Source: an uncultured Pelagibacteraceae bacterium
GTDB lineage: Bacteria > Pseudomonadota > Alphaproteobacteria > Pelagibacterales > Pelagibacteraceae
Direction: 5' to 3'
Assembly (NCBI GenBank): GCA_902626185.1
Contig: CACOEA010000001.1
Coordinates: forward strand, 30,672-94,671
DNA: 64,000 bases
Shown here piece after piece: positions 9,395-20,483 of the stretch. The first letter of the stretch is position 1. The number at the start of each line of letters is the position of its first letter. A model generated the notes under the pieces. It searched no databases, was not told the DNA's origin, and worked only from the letters and a program-made list of their open reading frames with translations. The position numbers and the translations under genes are program-made.

Positions 9395-9877
9395 ATGCTC
9401 AAAAAAAAACTTATTAAACTCACATTTATTTCATTAATAATATTGCTTAATGGCTGTGGTTTTAAAGTTTTAGACAAATCAGACGCAAACAATTTTTCTA
9501 TAAAAGAAATAATAATGAGTGGAGACAAAAGAATTAATTATAAAATTAAAAATAATTTATTTATTTATTCAAAGCAAAAAAGGCAAAATGAAATAATTTT
9601 GTACCTCGATACAAAAAAAAATAAGAGCATTAAAGAAAAAAATATCAAAAATGAAATAACAAAATATCAAATAAACTTACAGGTAAGCGTCGCTTTTGAC
9701 TTGATAAATAGCAAAAAAGATAAACAAAACATGACCTTTAATATCCTTGGGGACTATACGGTTGACAAGTTTCATACTAAAACACTTACAAATGAAAAAA
9801 AGCTTATAGATAACTTAGTTGAAAATATTTCAGAAAAGATTGCATTCGGTATTGGTACAAAAATTAATGATATTTAA
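9395..9877 (+). CDS. lptE: LPS assembly lipoprotein LptE
   Basis: Lipobox LNGCGF and leuS-lptE-holA synteny. Confidence 0.75.
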   Translation: MLKKKLIKLTFISLIILLNGCGFKVLDKSDANNFSIKEIIMSGDKRINYKIKNNLFIYSKQKRQNEIILYLDTKKNKSIKEKNIKNEITKYQINLQVSVAFDLINSKKDKQNMTFNILGDYTVDKFHTKTLTNEKKLIDNLVENISEKIAFGIGTKINDI

Positions 9878-10868
9878 AAGCTATTTATTAGAACAAAATT
9901 TAGATCCATTTCACAAGTATAAAATTTTTTTGATTTATGGTGAGAACCAAGGACTAAAAAAAGAATTTAAAGAAATTATCAGAAGCAAAAATAAAGAAAA
10001 TGAAAAATTAAATTTTTTACAAGATGAAGTTTTACTGAACAAAAATATTTTGTTAAATGAAATATCAAACAAATCACTGTTCAATGAAAAAAAAATAATT
10101 TTTATAGATCAAGCAAGTGACAAAATCTTTAAAATAATAGATGACCTAATAAGAGACATTAGTGACGAAAAAATTTATATATTTTGTGAAAATTTAGATA
10201 AAAAATCAAAATTACGAAATAGCTTAGAAAAATCAACAGAATGCGGTGTAGTGGCATGTTATCCAGATAACGAAATTACAATTAAAAAAATTATTGTAAA
10301 TAAACTTAAAGGATTCAAAAACTTAACACCTGAAATAATAAACATAATCTCCCAAAACTCAAATTTGGATAGAGCTAAAGTTAATAATGAAATTGATAAG
10401 ATCAAAAGCTGTTTTATAGATAAAACCATCGATCCAATTAAAATTGTAACGCTATTAAACATAAGAACTAACAATGATTTTAACAAGTTAAGGGATGAGG
10501 CCATAAATGGTAATAAAATTAATACGAATAAACTATTAGCTGACACTATTTTTGAGAAAGAAAACAATATTTTTTATCTTAACATTATTAATCAAAGAAT
10601 AAATAAATTAAAAGAAATTGAAAATTTAAAGACAGATAACAAAAATAATATCGACATTTTAGTGTCAAATCTAAAACCGCCAATTTTTTGGAAAGATAAA
10701 CCAATATTAATTGAACAATCAAAAAGGTGGAATAAAACTAAATTAAATAAATTCTTAAATAAAACCTACAACATCGAAAAGCAAATCAAAACAAATTCAT
10801 CGGTTAATAGTAGTTTATTGATTAAGAAATTAATAATAGATTTATGCGCGTGTGCTAATTCCGCTTAA
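9867..10868 (+). CDS. holA: DNA polymerase III delta subunit
   Basis: LIYGEN, SLF, KKSKLR, ACY and PPIFWK. Synteny supports it. Start at ATG 9867. Confidence 0.85.
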   Translation: MIFKSYLLEQNLDPFHKYKIFLIYGENQGLKKEFKEIIRSKNKENEKLNFLQDEVLLNKNILLNEISNKSLFNEKKIIFIDQASDKIFKIIDDLIRDISDEKIYIFCENLDKKSKLRNSLEKSTECGVVACYPDNEITIKKIIVNKLKGFKNLTPEIINIISQNSNLDRAKVNNEIDKIKSCFIDKTIDPIKIVTLLNIRTNNDFNKLRDEAINGNKINTNKLLADTIFEKENNIFYLNIINQRINKLKEIENLKTDNKNNIDILVSNLKPPIFWKDKPILIEQSKRWNKTKLNKFLNKTYNIEKQIKTNSSVNSSLLIKKLIIDLCACANSA

Positions 10869-11718
10869 GCAAATTAGAAAGAAACTCAAATTGTTCTAAA
10901 TTTTTGTAGGAAATAGTAATTTTTCCTGAATTATTTCTTTTATTTTGAATTTGAACATTTAATCCTAGTTTATCTTGAATGATATTTTGTGCATCTAGAA
11001 TATTTGCGTCCATTCTAAATTGGCCAACTTTAGATGGTGATTTCTTTCCTCTGACTAACATTTCGACGCTTCGGGCGCTAAGATTTTTTGCAACAATTTC
11101 TTCTGCAATATTTGTTGCATTTGATAATCCGATTAAAGGTCTTGCTTGACCTGCTGTTAAAGATCCCTCTTCGATCAGGTTTACTACATCTTTAGGCAAA
11201 GATAAGAGCCTTAATGTATTGCTAATATGGCTCCTGCTTTTTGACATAAATCTTGCAATTTTCTCATGATCATACTCAAATTCTTCAGATAATCTAAGGT
11301 ACCCTTTAGCCTCTTCAATTATATTTAAATCGTCACGTTGAATGTTTTCAACAATTGCAACTTCTAAAGCTTCATTGTCATCTAAATCTAAAACTACAAT
11401 AGGTACTTCATGTAAGCCTGCTTTTTGAGCAGCTAACCATCTTCTCTCCCCTGCAACTATTTCATACCTACCAGGATCAACTTTATCTTCTCGTACAGCG
11501 ATCGGCTGAATTATGCCATTTTTCTTAATAGAATTGGCTAATTCGGTTAGTTTAGCCTCATCAAAATGCGTTCTAGGCTGATATTTGTTTCTAGTTAAAT
11601 CACTGATGTTAGCCTTTAACTTATTATCAGGAACTTTTTCACCTTTTTTAACATCATTTTTTTGATCTCCAAATAAAGCAGTTAATCCTCTACCTAAACC
11701 TTTTTTTGATTTTTTCAT
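10855..11718 (-). CDS. parB: Chromosome partitioning protein ParB
   Basis: GLGRGL, QPR, AGERRW, ENIQRDDLN and HTH SRSHISNTLRLL. Confidence 0.97.
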   Translation of the reverse strand: MKKSKKGLGRGLTALFGDQKNDVKKGEKVPDNKLKANISDLTRNKYQPRTHFDEAKLTELANSIKKNGIIQPIAVREDKVDPGRYEIVAGERRWLAAQKAGLHEVPIVVLDLDDNEALEVAIVENIQRDDLNIIEEAKGYLRLSEEFEYDHEKIARFMSKSRSHISNTLRLLSLPKDVVNLIEEGSLTAGQARPLIGLSNATNIAEEIVAKNLSARSVEMLVRGKKSPSKVGQFRMDANILDAQNIIQDKLGLNVQIQNKRNNSGKITISYKNLEQFEFLSNLLKRN

Positions 11719-12515
11719 GCTACATTACCAATGTCTGGTGCTTTTTCTATGAATTCATTTGCTAATTTTAAGTATGATTTGCTTCCTGAGCAAGTTTTAT
11801 CATATATAACACAAGGTAAACCATGAGATGGTGCCTCTGACAAACGAACATTTCTCGGAATTACTGTTTTATAAACTTTTTCTTTAAAATAATTACGCGC
11901 CTCCTTATCTACTTGAGATGACAATTTATTTCTTTTATCAAACATAGTGAGTAAAATGCCTCTGACTTTTAAATCAGGATTTAAGTTAACTTTTATTCTA
12001 TCAATTGTTTTAACCAATTGAGTTATACCTTCTAATGCAAAAAATTCGGTTTGAAGAGGTACTAGAAGTTCATCAGAGGCAACTAAAGCCATAATCGTAA
12101 GCAGACTTAATGATGGAGGGCAATCTATAAAAATATTGTTATAATTTTCTAATAAATTTTTATCTGAACCATTTAGTATTTGTTTTAAAACAAAAGCTCT
12201 ATTTGAGTCATTGGCTGTTTCAACCTCTAAACCAGATAAGTTTACATTAGAACCGACAAGATCTAGATTTTTTACTTCCGTTTCTTGAATTGCTTCTTTT
12301 AAATTAATATTATTAATTAATAAATTATAAATATTTTTTTGCTCTTCATTATTGGATTTGCCCAAACCAGTTGTTGCGTTACCTTGTGGATCTAAATCTA
12401 TAATTAAATTCTTTTGACCCAAAATGGACAGTGAGGATGCTAGATTGATTACAGTGGTAGTTTTGCCTACTCCACCTTTTTGATTAATTACAGCTATGAT
12501 CTTTTTTTTACTCAT
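11715..12515 (-). CDS. parA: Chromosome partitioning ATPase ParA
   Basis: NQKGGVGKTT, DLDPQGNA, DCPPSL and IPRNVRLSEAPS. Confidence 0.97.
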   Translation of the reverse strand: MSKKKIIAVINQKGGVGKTTTVINLASSLSILGQKNLIIDLDPQGNATTGLGKSNNEEQKNIYNLLINNINLKEAIQETEVKNLDLVGSNVNLSGLEVETANDSNRAFVLKQILNGSDKNLLENYNNIFIDCPPSLSLLTIMALVASDELLVPLQTEFFALEGITQLVKTIDRIKVNLNPDLKVRGILLTMFDKRNKLSSQVDKEARNYFKEKVYKTVIPRNVRLSEAPSHGLPCVIYDKTCSGSKSYLKLANEFIEKAPDIGNVA

Positions 12516-12516
12516 T

Positions 12517-13128
12517 TTATCTTTTATCGATAATCAAAATTTTTGAATCAATATCGGTCACACTTTTAAGAACTTTATAACTATAATTTTGAGTCATTGA
12601 AACCTTATTTATGGCTGATTGTGCATCTTTACCTTTTAAAATTATCATTTTATGTGGTTTTTTTATTATTTCACGTGAAATTCTCATGATCTCGGGAAGT
12701 TTTTTAAATGCTCGAGCTACAATAACGTCAGAACCTACCTCATCCTCGTAAATGTTTTTTTTGATTTCAAAATTTAGATCTAAATGCTTCTGGACCTTTT
12801 TCAAGAACTGTCTTTTAACTGATGATTTCTCATATAATTTCACGTGAAACGTGTTATTAAGATCGTAAATAGATAAAATCACACCTGGCAAGCCTGCACC
12901 TGACCCGAGATCACTAATCTCCTTTGTGTTGCTAGGTAAATAATGAACTATTTGTGCAGAATCAAGGATATGTCTCTCCCAGAGATTAGTTTCTGTGCTT
13001 TTTGCTATTAAATTATAACGCTCATTATAATCTAAAAGCAATTTCTCGTAAGTATCAAGTTTTCTCGTAGATTCTGCAGAAAAATTAAGCTTTTTATGCA
13101 GGTAACTAATAACCTCTGCTTTATTCAT
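12517..13128 (-). CDS. rsmG: 16S rRNA m7G527 methyltransferase RsmG (GidB)
   Basis: RHILDS, DLGSGAGLPG and ARA motifs, plus synteny. Confidence 0.95.
   Translation of the reverse strand: MNKAEVISYLHKKLNFSAESTRKLDTYEKLLLDYNERYNLIAKSTETNLWERHILDSAQIVHYLPSNTKEISDLGSGAGLPGVILSIYDLNNTFHVKLYEKSSVKRQFLKKVQKHLDLNFEIKKNIYEDEVGSDVIVARAFKKLPEIMRISREIIKKPHKMIILKGKDAQSAINKVSMTQNYSYKVLKSVTDIDSKILIIDKR
12667..12682. promoter_or_regulatory. parS-like site 1 (inside rsmG)
   Basis: TATTTCACGTGAAATT versus consensus TGTTTCACGTGAAACA. The 12-bp core is intact and parAB is adjacent. Confidence 0.75.
12836..12851. promoter_or_regulatory. parS-like site 2 (inside rsmG)
   Basis: AATTTCACGTGAAACG, with the core TTTCACGTGAAAC intact. 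Confidence 0.8.
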
Positions 13129-14996
13129 CAAGCAGAAACTCGTTTTTTTCCTCTTTTTAAGTAGGACATAATAATTATTGCGGCTGCTGGTGTTACACCG
13201 TCTATCCTTAAAGCCTGACCCAACGTTCTCGGCTTAATTTTTTTAAGCTTAGATTTAATTTCATTCGATAACCCACTTAATTTATCAAAATTTATGTCAT
13301 CAGGTATTAAATAAGACTCATCTCGACCGAATGTTTCTATATCACGAGATTGACGATCCAGGTAACCTTGATAGTGGGCATCAATTTCAACCTGCTTATC
13401 TAACTTAGTATTTTTGAAAGGAATATCTGAAAATATATGCCTTATTTTTGCCATATTTAAATTTCTCTGTCCCATTATTTTAAATACAGATCTTTTAACA
13501 CCGTCCATAGCAATTTTAATTGAATATATTTTAGCTTGATTAGGTGAAAGAATTTTAGCCTGTAGAGAATTTTTTAATGCACGTAAATGGTTTTCTTTTT
13601 CAAGAAATAATTTTTTTCTAGTAGGGCTTAATAAATTTATTTTAATTCCTAAAGGGGATAATCTTTGATCTGCATTATCAGCTCTTAGTGTAAGTCTGTA
13701 TTCTGCTCTTGATGTAAACATTCTATAGGGTTCACTAACGCCTTTAGTTATCAAATCATCTATCATTACTCCAATGTAAGAATTAGATCTGTTCAAAATA
13801 AATGGTTTTTGTTTTTTAATTTTAAGAGCCGCGTTAATACCTGCGATCAATCCTTGAGCGGCAGCTTCTTCGTAGCCTGTTGTGCCATTAATTTGTCCGG
13901 CTAAATATAACGATTTAATTTTTTTTGTTTCTAAAGAAGACGTGAGTTCACGCGGGTCTACATAATCATATTCAATAGCATACCCTGCTCTTTTCATTTT
14001 TACTCGTTCTAAACCCTTGATTTTACTTAGTATTTTGAGCTGTACCTCCTCTGGTAGGGATGTTGAAATACCGTTAGGATAAATAGTATTGTCGTTTAAA
14101 CCCTCTGGTTCTAGGAATATTTGGTGTCTTTCTTTATCCTTAAATTTAACAATCTTGTCTTCTATAGATGGACAATACCTTGGGCCTACACCTTTAATAT
14201 TTCCTGAATACATAGCGCTTCTAGAAATATTATCACTTATGATTTTATGTACTTTATCATTTGTATAAGTCATACCGCAGTGAATTTGTTTATTTTCAAT
14301 CTTGTTAGTTAAAAAAGAAAAATAATAATGATCATTATCTGCTGGCTGCATTTCTAATTCATCATAATTAATTGTATTTCCATCGAGTCTAGGAGGAGTT
14401 CCAGTTTTCAGTCTTCCGATCTGCATTTTAAATTTTGCTAATTGCTCACTCAAACCAGTTGACGGTTTTTCATCATATCGACCCGCTGGTATCTGAGTTT
14501 CACCAATATGTATTAAACCATTCAAAAAAGTTCCCGTCGTAAGTATTAATTCTTTAGTTCTTATTTCTTGTCCGCTTTGACAAACAAAACCTATGACCTT
14601 GTTGCTCTCAAACATAAATTTGATTACTGGGTCCGCAATTACGTCCAGATTTTTATAATTTAACAAAATTTTTTTCATATGCTCTTTATAAAGAGCTCTA
14701 TCTGACTGCGTTCTTGGTCCTTGAACTGCTGGACCACGACTTCTATTTAATAATCTGAATTGAATACCTGATTTATCAGCTACAACGCCCATCACACCAT
14801 CTAAAGCGTCGATTTCCCTCACAAGATGCCCTTTTCCAAGTCCCCCGATGGCTGGGTTACACGACATTTCGCCAATAGTCTCTATTTTGTGGGTAAAAAG
14901 AGCAGTATTTACGCCCATTCTAGCGGAAGCTGCTGCTGCCTCACATCCAGCATGCCCACCCCCTATAACAACTACATCATAGCTTCGTTTTGTCAT
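13128..14996 (-). CDS. mnmG: tRNA U34 modification enzyme MnmG (GidA)
   Basis: [30 protein letters not shown] and [16 protein letters not shown]. Confidence 0.98.
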   Translation of the reverse strand: MTKRSYDVVVIGGGHAGCEAAAASARMGVNTALFTHKIETIGEMSCNPAIGGLGKGHLVREIDALDGVMGVVADKSGIQFRLLNRSRGPAVQGPRTQSDRALYKEHMKKILLNYKNLDVIADPVIKFMFESNKVIGFVCQSGQEIRTKELILTTGTFLNGLIHIGETQIPAGRYDEKPSTGLSEQLAKFKMQIGRLKTGTPPRLDGNTINYDELEMQPADNDHYYFSFLTNKIENKQIHCGMTYTNDKVHKIISDNISRSAMYSGNIKGVGPRYCPSIEDKIVKFKDKERHQIFLEPEGLNDNTIYPNGISTSLPEEVQLKILSKIKGLERVKMKRAGYAIEYDYVDPRELTSSLETKKIKSLYLAGQINGTTGYEEAAAQGLIAGINAALKIKKQKPFILNRSNSYIGVMIDDLITKGVSEPYRMFTSRAEYRLTLRADNADQRLSPLGIKINLLSPTRKKLFLEKENHLRALKNSLQAKILSPNQAKIYSIKIAMDGVKRSVFKIMGQRNLNMAKIRHIFSDIPFKNTKLDKQVEIDAHYQGYLDRQSRDIETFGRDESYLIPDDINFDKLSGLSNEIKSKLKKIKPRTLGQALRIDGVTPAAAIIIMSYLKRGKKRVSA

Positions 14997-15038
14997 GAGA
15001 AGAATGTAAACGTCTTAATTAAGAATACAAGTAGTATT

Positions 15039-16367
15039 TTATTTACCGATACAAAAGTCTTTGAATATAGATCCAAGTATTTCTTCTACATCTACCTTTC
15101 CAACGATACCGCCTAGATGTCGTGTAGCCATTCTTAGGTCCTCTGCAGCTAATTCCAGGTTTTTGGTTGGGTCTTTTTTAAGAAACTTATCTATCTCTTT
15201 TAAACAATCATTAAGCTTAACTCTATGTCTTTCTCTAGTGATTATAGTGCTATTATTTGATGAAAACTTTTCACTTAGCTTAGCTTTTATCAAATTTATT
15301 AATTGATCTATATTTTGATTATTTTTTACTGAAGCTAAAACAGTATCAACGTCAAATTTATGATTTTGCTTATCTGAAACATCAGATTTATTTAAAAGTA
15401 CTATTGAATCTTTATTAATCATATTTTGTATTTCTTTGTTTATTTTTTTAGATGAATTATCGACCATTACTATGTTTATATCTGCTTCTTTTGATTTACC
15501 TAAAGCTAAAGAGATCCCTTTTTTTTCTATTTCGTTTTTAGATTCTCTTATACCGGCTGTATCTGCTAGAATAACTGGATAACCGTCTAAATTTAAATAA
15601 GTTTCTATAACATCTCTTGTTGTACCAGCTTCGTCAGAGACGATCGCTACTTCTCTTTTTGAAAGTAAATTTAATAGAGATGATTTTCCAGCATTTACTT
15701 CACCTGTTATAGAAACCCTAAATCCATCTCTTATTTTTTCTCCTACTTTATTATCCTCAATAATTTTTAATATTTCTGAATGAATTTCTTTGATTGATTT
15801 ATGGGCTTCTCTTAATACCTTTTCTGGGAGATCTTCTTCTGCAAAATCAATTTTTGCTTCTATAAAAGCAAGAGATTTTATTATTTTTTCCCTCAAATCA
15901 TTATAGTAATTTGATGCGTTTCCCTGAACTAATTTAACTGCTTGTTGTCTTTGTAATTCTGTCTCAGAATGAATAAGATCTCCAATACTTTCTGCTTTAA
16001 GCAGATCAATTTTATCATTTTGAAAAGCAATCTTGGTGAACTCGCCCGGTTCAGCGAGTCTGCAGTTTTCTTGCTCGGATAAAACGCCCAATAAAGCACT
16101 AATTACAGCGTTACTACCATGAATCTGAAGCTCGGCTAAATCTTCCCCTGTATAACTGTTTGGGCTAGGAAACCACAATAATAATGCTTCGGGGTCTATA
16201 ACGTTATCATTTTTGGGGTTATAAAATTTACAAAAATTTAATTCATTAGATTTAATCTCTTTAAGTTTCGTGATTTGTTTACAAATATTGTAAACATCAG
16301 GCCCAGAAATTCTAATAATGGCAATTCCTGATGGACCTTTGCCTGAAGATAAAGCATAAATATTCAT
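15039..16367 (-). CDS. mnmE: tRNA modification GTPase MnmE (TrmE)
   Basis: GEVNAGKSS, GTTRD, DTAG, NKSD and C-terminal FCIGK. Confidence 0.98.
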   Translation of the reverse strand: MNIYALSSGKGPSGIAIIRISGPDVYNICKQITKLKEIKSNELNFCKFYNPKNDNVIDPEALLLWFPSPNSYTGEDLAELQIHGSNAVISALLGVLSEQENCRLAEPGEFTKIAFQNDKIDLLKAESIGDLIHSETELQRQQAVKLVQGNASNYYNDLREKIIKSLAFIEAKIDFAEEDLPEKVLREAHKSIKEIHSEILKIIEDNKVGEKIRDGFRVSITGEVNAGKSSLLNLLSKREVAIVSDEAGTTRDVIETYLNLDGYPVILADTAGIRESKNEIEKKGISLALGKSKEADINIVMVDNSSKKINKEIQNMINKDSIVLLNKSDVSDKQNHKFDVDTVLASVKNNQNIDQLINLIKAKLSEKFSSNNSTIITRERHRVKLNDCLKEIDKFLKKDPTKNLELAAEDLRMATRHLGGIVGKVDVEEILGSIFKDFCIGK

Positions 16368-16400
16368 ATCAAATCTGTTTTAATTACTTTATATTTTTTT

Positions 16401-17240
16401 ATGTTTCAAATTAACTGGAAATTAAAAGCTTTGCTATATAAAGTTTTTGAAACTTTTAAACTTAATAAAACATTATATTTTGTACAAAGACATATAACGG
16501 GCAGGGCAAAAATTCAATTCACAAAACTAGACCCTCATTGGGAAAGGCACGCAAAATCAATACAGGAAAAGAATTGTAACTCGATCCTTGAAGTTGGAGC
16601 TGGAAAATCATTAGAACAAAATATTTTTTTTTCTTATTATTTTGAAAATTCTAAATTTCAGAAAGTTATTGATATTAATAATATGATTAATTTTGAGTTA
16701 TGCAATGAAGCTAGCCATAGGATCGCAAAACTATTAAATAAAGATTTTAAAGGACAAATAAAAAATAATCAGGACTTAATAAATAATTACAACATAAATT
16801 ATGAAGCTCCATGTAAACTTGAAGATATCAAAGAGGAAAAATTTGACATTTGTACCTCAACAGCTTCGTTAGAACATTTTTCTCGTGAAGATCTAAATTT
16901 ATTTCTAAAACAAATCAAAATTGTTCTTAAAAAAAATGGATTTGTATCTTCCGTGATTGATTATAGTGATCATTATTCTCATACTGATAAAAACATAAGT
17001 CCTTTGAATTTCTTAAAATATAGTGAAAAAAATTGGAAGAAATATAATAATAACTATTTATATCAAAATCGTTTGAGGCATAGTGATTATAAAATTTTAT
17101 TTGAAAATTTAAATTTTATCATTGAAAAAGAGCACAAAGGTACAAGACACGATAAAATACCTGGTATTTCGGATGAATTTGATCAGACAAACGATGAAAC
17201 TTTTTTAGGTTGGGGATATTACCTGATTTCAAACACTTAA
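16401..17240 (+). CDS. Class I SAM-dependent methyltransferase (accessory)
   Basis: LEVGAG motif I, FDICTSTASLEH, LKKNG, IDYSDH and NRLR. Confidence 0.75.
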   Translation: MFQINWKLKALLYKVFETFKLNKTLYFVQRHITGRAKIQFTKLDPHWERHAKSIQEKNCNSILEVGAGKSLEQNIFFSYYFENSKFQKVIDINNMINFELCNEASHRIAKLLNKDFKGQIKNNQDLINNYNINYEAPCKLEDIKEEKFDICTSTASLEHFSREDLNLFLKQIKIVLKKNGFVSSVIDYSDHYSHTDKNISPLNFLKYSEKNWKKYNNNYLYQNRLRHSDYKILFENLNFIIEKEHKGTRHDKIPGISDEFDQTNDETFLGWGYYLISNT

Positions 17241-17241
17241 A

Positions 17242-18348
17242 TTAATATAATCCTTTATCTGAGATTTTTTTTGCGATTTGGGATAGTGATTTCCATGAAG
17301 AAATATTGCTTAAAATAGCACTCTTAAAAGGATCTAAATATTTATTTTTTTTAAAAAAACTATGAGTTAAATCAACTCCAAAACTCATAATTATATTTTC
17401 AGGTTTGCGACTTTTATAAAAATCATTTAAAGCGTAACTGTTTTTGAGTGAAATACCTAGGGTAGAGTAATATTTTAAAATTTCTTTTAGTTTTCTAATA
17501 TCTCTTAATACTAAATTAAATCCCTGTCCTGCTACTGGATGTATAGTATGGAGGCCTTCACCTAAAATTAAAATATTTTTTTTAAAGTAATTTTTTTTAA
17601 GACCAAGAAAAATAGGAAAGGACTGAATGTTACTGACTGAAAGTTTATTTTTTGTATTTAAAACCTCTTTAATTTTATCTTGAATTAAATTTTTAATCTC
17701 TTTAGATTTTTGGATATAAAATTCTTTATCGAGACTCCATACAAATGAAAAGTTTTCTTTAGAAAAAGGAAGTATAGCTAGTGGACCTTCTTTCAAAAAA
17801 AATTGACTAGTGTTTAAATTTTTAAATTTATGACTTACATATCCGGTAACAGCAATTTCTTTGTAATCTTTTTTAATTGACCTCCCTTTAGAGATTTTCG
17901 CATAAATATTAGAATTGCCTCCTAGGCAAAGTATTATCAAATCAAATTCTTTCAACTCATTTAAATTTTTAATTTTCTTTTTAATGATATTTATTTTTCT
18001 CTTTAAAATTTCTTTGAAAAAAAAATTTCTAATTTTATTGTTCTCAAAAACATGCATTAAATTTGATTTTTTTTCATTTAGATTTAAGAAATTAATGTTA
18101 TTTTTTTTTGTTTCATAGAATAGTTCTATTTTTTTTGATGACCAAAAATAACTATTTTTTAAACCTTTGATGTTTTCTTTTAAAAACTCGAAATTAGTAT
18201 CTGAAATAGCAGTGGTTCTTTTATCTTTATTTCTTATTTGTTTTTTTGCTACTAAATTTACCTCTAATTCTGGGATATTGTTCAAGGTTATCGCTGTCAT
18301 TAGGCCTGTTAACCCGTCTCCTACAACACATATTCTCTGTTTATTCAT
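17242..18348 (-). CDS. UbiH/UbiF-family FAD-dependent monooxygenase
   Basis: VVGDGLTG, GPLAILP and GEGLHTIHPVAGQGFNL. Start set at ATG 18348 to avoid overlap with ftsK. Confidence 0.85.
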   Translation of the reverse strand: MNKQRICVVGDGLTGLMTAITLNNIPELEVNLVAKKQIRNKDKRTTAISDTNFEFLKENIKGLKNSYFWSSKKIELFYETKKNNINFLNLNEKKSNLMHVFENNKIRNFFFKEILKRKINIIKKKIKNLNELKEFDLIILCLGGNSNIYAKISKGRSIKKDYKEIAVTGYVSHKFKNLNTSQFFLKEGPLAILPFSKENFSFVWSLDKEFYIQKSKEIKNLIQDKIKEVLNTKNKLSVSNIQSFPIFLGLKKNYFKKNILILGEGLHTIHPVAGQGFNLVLRDIRKLKEILKYYSTLGISLKNSYALNDFYKSRKPENIIMSFGVDLTHSFFKKNKYLDPFKSAILSNISSWKSLSQIAKKISDKGLY

Positions 18349-18404
18349 ATAAAAATTTTTAACACTTTCATAAAAATGGTAAAAAGTACGTAAAACGATT
18401 CGAA

Positions 18405-20483
18405 ATGAATACAAACTTTTTAGATAGTTTAACAAATTTTTTAAAAAAGCGAACCTTTGAATTTTTGGGGCTAATCCTAGTTTTATCAAGTGTAGCTCTT
18501 GCAATTGCCTTCACGACATACTCTCCAGAAGATCCTTCGTTTATTTATGGGGATAGAAATTTCGAAATTCAAAACTTTTTTGGAATTTATGGGAGTAGTG
18601 TTGCAGACTTTTTATTACAAAGTTTTGGTTTAGCTTCTTTTCTATTGTTACTTAATTTTTTATTTTGGGGTTTAAACTTAATTATTAAAAAAGAATTGAG
18701 AAGAATAATTTTAAAATTATTTTTAGTTGTTGCTTACTTAATAGTCGGGACAGTTTTTATCTATCTTACTTTTGATAATTCTTTTTGGTTAATAGATAAT
18801 GGTAATTCAGGATTCGTAGGAACTTTAACTTATAACTTTGTAAATACTTGGGCACCATGGATTGATAACACATATTCAATTTATGGATTGCTTCTATTAA
18901 CTGTAATATTTTTTTCAATCTCTGCTGACATAAGTTATAAGAAAGTATTGAATATGATCTTTTCTCTATTTAAAAGAAAACCTACTGAGAATATTCAAGA
19001 TGATTTTAATAAGATGGATATTGAAGATCAACCTCAAACACTAGAGAAACCTCAGCAATCTTTTTCTTTTGACTCTAATACAAGTATCCCAAAAGAGAAT
19101 TTTTCAAAATATAAATATACATTACCAAACATAAATTATTTAGAGAAAAAATTAACTAAACTTAGTTCTGATGGAAATAAAAATCGTCCTGATGCTAATT
19201 TTATGGAAAAAATTTTATTAGATTTTGGTATTAATGGAAAAATTAAAGCAATTAACAACGGTCCTGTGGTTAGTCTTTATGAATTCGAACCTGCGCCGGG
19301 TGTTAAGGTGTCCAAAATAATAAATTTATCTGAAGACTTAGCTAGAAACACAAGTTCTACATCAACAAGAGTTTCCGTTATTCCAGGTAAAAATACTGTT
19401 GGTATAGAAATCCCTAATGAAGAAAGAGAAAGCGTTACCCTTAGAGAAATAATTTCCTACGACAAATTTCAAAAGAAAGATATTAAGCTTCCAATAGCTC
19501 TTGGAAAAAGTATTTCAGGTATGCCTATTGTGGGCGACCTAACTTCAATGCCACACCTATTAATTGCAGGTACTACTGGATCTGGAAAATCAGTTTGCAT
19601 TAATACAATCATAGTTTCACTACTTTACAAACTTAATCCTGACCTTTGTAAATTTATTTTAATTGATCCAAAAATGTTAGAATTATCAACTTATGAAGGA
19701 ATACCTCATTTATTAACTCCTGTGATAACAGATGCTAAAAAAGCAACATCGGCTTTATCTTGGACAGTTAAAGAAATGAACAGCAGATATAGATTAATGA
19801 GTAAAGTAGGTGTGAGAAATATTGATGGCTATAATACTAAACACAAACTTAAAATGCCTTACATCGTCGTAGTCGTTGATGAGATGTCGGATCTAATGCT
19901 TGTAGCTGGAAAAGAAATTGAAAATTATATTCAAAAATTATCTCAAATGGCTAGAGCGGCAGGAATTCATATAATAATGGCAACGCAAAGACCAAGTGTT
20001 GATGTAATAACAGGTACTATTAAAGCAAACTTTCCAACAAGAATTTCATTTCAAGTGAGTTCTAAAATAGATAGTAGAACAATACTAGGAGAGCAGGGCG
20101 CTGAACAATTATTAGGTAAAGGAGACATGCTATTTATGTCATCTGCAAATAAAATTGTAAGAATTCACGGTCCTTATGTTTCTGAACAGGAAATAGAAAA
20201 AATTACAAATTCTTTAAGAGCACAAGGTGAGCCTGAATATATGGAGGAAATTACCTCACAAGAAACAAATGAGAGTTCTTTAATGCCTGGAAATGAGGGG
20301 GATGAAGATGAATTATTTACTCAAGCTGTAGAAATTATTAAAGCTGAGGGAAAAGCTTCAACAAGCTTTTTACAAAGAAAATTACAGATAGGCTACAATA
20401 GAGCCGCAAGAATTATTGATATGATGGAAGAAAAAGGCATCGTTAGTAAAGCAAATCATGTTGGTAAACGTGAAGTTCTTTAA
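18405..20483 (+). CDS. ftsK: DNA translocase FtsK
   Basis: N-terminal TM domain, AGTTGSGKS, ATQRPSVD and gamma domain LQIGYNRAAR. Confidence 0.97.
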   Translation: MNTNFLDSLTNFLKKRTFEFLGLILVLSSVALAIAFTTYSPEDPSFIYGDRNFEIQNFFGIYGSSVADFLLQSFGLASFLLLLNFLFWGLNLIIKKELRRIILKLFLVVAYLIVGTVFIYLTFDNSFWLIDNGNSGFVGTLTYNFVNTWAPWIDNTYSIYGLLLLTVIFFSISADISYKKVLNMIFSLFKRKPTENIQDDFNKMDIEDQPQTLEKPQQSFSFDSNTSIPKENFSKYKYTLPNINYLEKKLTKLSSDGNKNRPDANFMEKILLDFGINGKIKAINNGPVVSLYEFEPAPGVKVSKIINLSEDLARNTSSTSTRVSVIPGKNTVGIEIPNEERESVTLREIISYDKFQKKDIKLPIALGKSISGMPIVGDLTSMPHLLIAGTTGSGKSVCINTIIVSLLYKLNPDLCKFILIDPKMLELSTYEGIPHLLTPVITDAKKATSALSWTVKEMNSRYRLMSKVGVRNIDGYNTKHKLKMPYIVVVVDEMSDLMLVAGKEIENYIQKLSQMARAAGIHIIMATQRPSVDVITGTIKANFPTRISFQVSSKIDSRTILGEQGAEQLLGKGDMLFMSSANKIVRIHGPYVSEQEIEKITNSLRAQGEPEYMEEITSQETNESSLMPGNEGDEDELFTQAVEIIKAEGKASTSFLQRKLQIGYNRAARIIDMMEEKGIVSKANHVGKREVL

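Noticed and set aside
18349-18504. N-terminal extensions in the ORF track for the ubiH-like gene (also 4363, 9819, 41305, 63153)
   Set aside because: They overlap neighbouring genes and lie upstream of the conserved domain starts. Internal ATGs fit better.
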